From IMG/VR virus record IMGVR_UViG_3300032214_000986, positions 56,085 to 120,084 of that record: a DNA stretch of 64,000 nt; one strand, written 5' to 3'. The translations under genes were made by a program, and so were the position numbers. Each line of letters begins with the position of its first letter. Within the stretch, counting starts at the first letter, position 1. The stretch is from a virus. Shown in pieces: positions 60,063-64,000 of this stretch. The notes below the pieces were generated by a model that saw nothing but the letters and a program-made list of their open reading frames with translations, was not told where the DNA came from and did no database searches.

Positions 60063-60668
60063 TTATAACTCCCTTAACGATTCTCTTGTCTCCTTAACTT
60101 TAAATTGTGTTACCTGATTGGTCCCACTATTTCCTCGTTTACCCGTTAAGAACTTAAGTAAACCACTGTTGTAGAACTTATTTGGTGTGTCGAATGTTTC
60201 ATTATTGAAATGTAACACTCCCTTTGAATCAAGCAACACGTCATAGTCTATACCTTTGTATGTTCGAATCAACATTGTATCTTTACCAAATGAGTCGGCA
60301 ATCTTTACCAATCTCTCATCCCCACTTAGTGCACTCTGTTCTTCTTTGATTTGTACCATATCCATTGTGGTTGCACCATAGATATTCATAAAGTTAATAA
60401 ACTCACCCGTTAGAGTATCTTCTTCATCTCTAAACCATTCACCAACAAGTCTACGGCTATCAAGGATTGCGTGTAAGAGTTTTTCTACCTTATCCATATC
60501 ATCTACCATATACGCAGAGATAATCTTGTATCCTATCGGAGATTTTGTCCTGTTAAGCTGATACTCCCTTTGAGTTAAAGAGATAGTTTTCCCGATCTTC
60601 TTGTCGGTTGTGTCGAGTTCTCTCCCGAGAACGTCATAGTATTCGCCCAAATAGATATATCCTTCCAT
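60063..60668 (-). CDS. GIY-YIG nuclease of T5orf172/MUG113 type with C-terminal accessory domain
   Basis: GYIYL..KKIGKT..R..QLN..VEKLLH..GEWF. Confidence 0.75.
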   Translation of the reverse strand: MEGYIYLGEYYDVLGRELDTTDKKIGKTISLTQREYQLNRTKSPIGYKIISAYMVDDMDKVEKLLHAILDSRRLVGEWFRDEEDTLTGEFINFMNIYGATTMDMVQIKEEQSALSGDERLVKIADSFGKDTMLIRTYKGIDYDVLLDSKGVLHFNNETFDTPNKFYNSGLLKFLTGKRGNSGTNQVTQFKVKETRESLREL

Positions 60669-60717
60669 ATGGCAAATATAATAAAAGTTTTTTGATTTTA
60701 CAAGTGGAGGATTAAAT

Positions 60718-61419
60718 TTATACTCGACTATATCCGTTTACTTTATCGACTTTCTTATTGAACATCTTTTCAAATATTTTACCCATCATTTCACTATCAC
60801 GATGCAATAATCTATCATCACCAATCACATTATAAATATCTTCAGCAAAAAACCTGCTATACTCTAATCTTTTATACTTAGGATAATATTTCATAATTGG
60901 GGTGTTCCACACACCTGTATAATCCGTTTCATAATAAGTTATTTCACCATAATCATTCGAAGCAAAATCTATTGAATAATATTCTTCAATAAACTTAACT
61001 AAAACATTCACTAACCTATCGTCTTTGGTTAATGGTTTTTTACCAAACATGTTTTTAAATTTGTCAAGTATTTTTGACTCTTTTAAGTTTCTATAATCTG
61101 AACATTTAGGTGTATCACTAAAAGTAACAAAGAAGGGTATTGGAAAATAATCGTAAACTTCCTCTTTAATTTTTCTTCTTAATTGATTAATGTAATTTCT
61201 AATTCGAAAATCGGTACCATTAAACTTGTTATCTAAATCTTTATTACCAACCTTAACATTAATTAAATATGTATCTTCATCAGGTTTATAACTTATTTTG
61301 ATATCGCAAACACAATCTTCGTTTTTGTATACTTCGGTTAAATCCTCTAACGCATTGGTGTATTTACCTTGATTGGTCTCTTCTTTTAATATCTTTCTTA
61401 TTTGTTCTTGTAGATTCAT
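60718..61419 (-). CDS. Leader-bearing two-module protein
   Basis: MNLQEQIRKILKEE from ATG 61419 (TAATG overlap); internal NLKES junction. Confidence 0.7.
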   Translation of the reverse strand: MNLQEQIRKILKEETNQGKYTNALEDLTEVYKNEDCVCDIKISYKPDEDTYLINVKVGNKDLDNKFNGTDFRIRNYINQLRRKIKEEVYDYFPIPFFVTFSDTPKCSDYRNLKESKILDKFKNMFGKKPLTKDDRLVNVLVKFIEEYYSIDFASNDYGEITYYETDYTGVWNTPIMKYYPKYKRLEYSRFFAEDIYNVIGDDRLLHRDSEMMGKIFEKMFNKKVDKVNGYSRV

Positions 61420-61985
61420 TACTTTGTCTTCTTCACACAATTGGGATATCGTTTACCGAACATTGTCTTCATACCTTTTTGGGTATATCCTTTCCAACAT
61501 TTTTCCGTTAGTTCTTCCTCTTTCACTTCACTCTTTTTACGTCTACCCGCACAGTGAGCTTTCTGACTAAAACCTTTTGGATTACTACAGTTAATGGATT
61601 TTTTATATTTTTCAGACCATTTTTCAGATAGTTCACCTTCTTCATCAATATCTTCTCCAAAATTATCGATATATCTATCTTTAATCTCATTGTGAAAGTG
61701 TTTTGAAAGGAATTTATAAACCTCATCATATGGGAAATCGTTTGACCCTCCATTCGATAAGACATCATGATAATCATCCATAAGATAATCAATGGCCCGA
61801 TTTTTAAAATCTTTAAATGTAAAAACAACACCAGCATTACGTCTGTTTAAAAATAGATTGGTAACGAAATTTAAATTCTCATAGAACTCTTTTTCCATTA
61901 AACGTAAGTCAACTCTTCTACGAAAGAATGTTGATTCATTGACCGTTTCTCTTAATACCTTTCTTATATGATCTTGTAGGTTCAT
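61419..61985 (-). CDS. Leader-bearing multi-module protein with small Cys motifs
   Basis: MNLQDHIRKVLRE; LSE-KWSEKYKKSINCSNPKGFSQKAHC; LTE-KCWKGY..PNCVK. Confidence 0.75.
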   Translation of the reverse strand: MNLQDHIRKVLRETVNESTFFRRRVDLRLMEKEFYENLNFVTNLFLNRRNAGVVFTFKDFKNRAIDYLMDDYHDVLSNGGSNDFPYDEVYKFLSKHFHNEIKDRYIDNFGEDIDEEGELSEKWSEKYKKSINCSNPKGFSQKAHCAGRRKKSEVKEEELTEKCWKGYTQKGMKTMFGKRYPNCVKKTK

Positions 61986-61996
61986 AGTAATAAATA

Positions 61997-62263
61997 TTAC
62001 TCAGTTTGGTATTCGCTAACTTGAGTGTAAATCATACATCTATCCCAATCCAAATTAAAATAACCTTTAATTCCATTCATTAAATCACCTCTGTCGATAC
62101 CTTTGTTGATTGTGGCGTAAAGTCCGTCGGTTGGTTTTACATATATGAATATGTGGACTTTATATCTTGTTGGTGATTTTATTACTTGCACCAAAATATC
62201 GTCTCTGTGTGATAGATGGTTATACACATATTGTTCTATTACTTTTGATAAATCCTTTTCCAT
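61997..62263 (-). CDS. MKDL-family-like small protein
   Basis: MEKDLSKVIEQYV; consensus host-type promoter upstream. Confidence 0.65.
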   Translation of the reverse strand: MEKDLSKVIEQYVYNHLSHRDDILVQVIKSPTRYKVHIFIYVKPTDGLYATINKGIDRGDLMNGIKGYFNLDWDRCMIYTQVSEYQTE

Positions 62264-62293
62264 ATCAAAAGCAAAGATAATAAAATTATTTGA

Positions 62294-63847
62294 TTAATCC
62301 CAAAAACCCCCTTCAATTACTTCCATCATCCAAGAAATAATTGATAGTAACTCGTCATTAGTTAGGTTGTTAATCGTTGTTAGATATTGGTCTTTTTGTT
62401 CTCTATGTCCATATTCATCAAGATGATATTCCCACATCTCAATGGCAATAGAATCTTCATCATGTACTAATATGTCCTCAACATATTTGGTATCGCTCAA
62501 TGGTATTTGAACGGCAAAAATAGAACCATAATTTTCACCATTAGACCCACCCTTTTCTAAAACAAATTCTCTAATATATTGTTTTAGTAGTTCTTTGGGG
62601 TTACCCATTTTATTTAAGATTGATTTTACTTGATTAAAATCTAACCCTGACATCTTTATAAAATCATATAAACCGTATTGATATATAAGTTTTTGTAATG
62701 ATTGTTCTTTATTTTCTGTTTCATATAATCTTCTACCTCGACACTTATTTATCCAAAGTTCTAAAGTTTCATTGTAGTACCTATCTTTAATATAGTTTTC
62801 AATATAAGGTATTGATTCCTCCCACTCTTCATAAGTTACAGTTTCATAGAACCAAGCATGATACAAGTCTTCTAATGTACGTTCAAGAAGATAATTCATA
62901 AGGTGATCAGGATGTCTAAAAGAACAATAGTTTATATTTTTTCTTTTACCTTTGAAGAACATATCAAAATACTCATTTCTTCGTCTAACTTGTGCGGGTA
63001 CAGATTCATTCATGAACTTAACCTCATCCTCACAATTATCAACATACCACGGTGTATAAATATAAACTCTAATTCCCATAGAACTTATTGAAGAATTCAA
63101 AGACTCTAATTCTTCTTCGATTTTAAAAATTGAAGGTCCTAAGTCATTTGATGTAACAGTTTTTGATCGTATATCATATTCCTTATCATCAGGATTGTAT
63201 TCTACCCATATATCACAAAGTCCGTCCCAACTAACTAAAGATAACAATACATTTATTGCCCTTAAATTTTTGTCGATTTCATTATTATCACTTTCATTTA
63301 AACTTTCAGACTCACCATAAAGTTTATCGTGTAAATATTCGATATCATCTTGATCAAAAGAAATAACCTCATCTATTGAATCAATGTCTTCACCATTTAA
63401 CTTTTTAACGGTAAGATAATTTACATTGAATAATCTACTATCTTCAAACTTACTTATAAATCCACTATGTTGTGCCTCATCAACTAAATACTTAATCATC
63501 TGTTTGAATGTATCATTTTCTTCAGGATCTAATTTGTTCTCATCATAAAAAACATTTATATCAGGCCAATGGTTGGTATTATGAACATTACTATGTCTAT
63601 TAATTATTTCATACTTTAAAGGAAATTCTATATCATCGTTATACCCAAAAGAATAATAAAAAGTAATTGTCCCTGTTAGTTTATCGAATAAAGAACTCAG
63701 TTCAGGATCATCTTTGAATATACTTTTAAGATTACTCATTCCTCCAACTAAATCGGCCGCCTTAAATATATTATCATCCTCAATAATTTTTTTTAATGAT
63801 TGTTGGATGTTATTCTCTTTTAAGATATGTCTAATTAGTTCTCTCAC
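62294..63847 (-). CDS. Leader-bearing four-module polyprotein-like protein
   Basis: GTG start overlapping the upstream TGA; modules begin after ILKE, LNES, MNES and LYE. Confidence 0.7.
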   Translation of the reverse strand: MRELIRHILKENNIQQSLKKIIEDDNIFKAADLVGGMSNLKSIFKDDPELSSLFDKLTGTITFYYSFGYNDDIEFPLKYEIINRHSNVHNTNHWPDINVFYDENKLDPEENDTFKQMIKYLVDEAQHSGFISKFEDSRLFNVNYLTVKKLNGEDIDSIDEVISFDQDDIEYLHDKLYGESESLNESDNNEIDKNLRAINVLLSLVSWDGLCDIWVEYNPDDKEYDIRSKTVTSNDLGPSIFKIEEELESLNSSISSMGIRVYIYTPWYVDNCEDEVKFMNESVPAQVRRRNEYFDMFFKGKRKNINYCSFRHPDHLMNYLLERTLEDLYHAWFYETVTYEEWEESIPYIENYIKDRYYNETLELWINKCRGRRLYETENKEQSLQKLIYQYGLYDFIKMSGLDFNQVKSILNKMGNPKELLKQYIREFVLEKGGSNGENYGSIFAVQIPLSDTKYVEDILVHDEDSIAIEMWEYHLDEYGHREQKDQYLTTINNLTNDELLSIISWMMEVIEGGFWD

Positions 63848-64000
63848 AGGTACTTTTGTAAATCGTATTTATCTATTATTTGGTTAAATATTTGGGTCCT
63901 TGCTCTTTTTCCTAACGTATTTTTTTTTGTTATATAAGAATACCCAAATCCATAATCCCCTGATTGCCCAACAACTCTCCATATTTTTTGACCTGAGTTA
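63844..64000 (-). CDS. 3' end of a hypothetical protein (starts beyond the window)
   Basis: Open frame ..KIWRVVGQSGDYGFGYSYITKKNTLGKRARTQIFNQIIDKYDLQKYL-TGA overlapping the next GTG. Confidence 0.55.
   Translation of the reverse strand, partial: NSGQKIWRVVGQSGDYGFGYSYITKKNTLGKRARTQIFNQIIDKYDLQKYL

Noticed and set aside
60063-60668. Intron- or intein-associated homing endonuclease
   Set aside because: Free-standing gene with its own promoter; neighbouring genes are not interrupted
1-64000. Stop-codon reassignment as in some large phages
   Set aside because: Standard code yields full-length, tightly packed genes with recognisable domains; no systematic fragmentation at TAG or TGA
1-64000. 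Bacterial chromosome or eukaryotic giant virus origin
   Set aside because: No housekeeping operons and mostly phage-type hypothetical genes argue against a chromosome. An endolysin, intrinsic terminators and bacterial promoters argue against a eukaryotic virus. Phage hallmark genes lie outside the window, so this remains an inference.

Overview
AT-rich (visually about 30% GC), densely coded segment with mostly minus-strand genes and the standard genetic code. It looks like part of a very large (jumbo/huge) tailed dsDNA phage that infects Bacteroidota. The host call rests on exact Bacteroidota-type TTTG-N19-21-TAnnTTTG promoters and on proteins with type IX secretion C-terminal domains. No capsid, terminase or polymerase gene is in the window, so the phage call is inferred from gene content and architecture. 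Layout from left to right: (i) a partial LamG-like protein; (ii) a six-gene glycosylation operon with GT4/GT2, FkbM and class I methyltransferase, DegT, NeuD-like and TibC-like heptosyltransferase domains; (iii) two giant Gly-X-Y Ser/Thr fibre proteins plus Pro-Thr linker proteins; (iv) about 40 kb of short transcription cassettes. About 24 of these cassette genes share an N-terminal leader ending in [ILV]-x-E, and most have an upstream TATTTAT motif. Their cargo includes NlpC/P60, M15-like peptidase, LysM, peptidoglycan-binding and ferritin-like domains. Interspersed are a GH19 endolysin, uvrC, a DenV-like glycosylase and an FKBP. The most unusual element is the largely non-coding region 54290-56500. 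It holds G-runs and A-tracts, tandem host-type promoters driving two related small-RNA candidates, DnaA boxes, MraZ-like 10-bp-period GTGG repeats, and a dense series of different, mostly duplicated palindromes resembling a host transcription-factor decoy array. No tRNA, rRNA or CRISPR array was seen.
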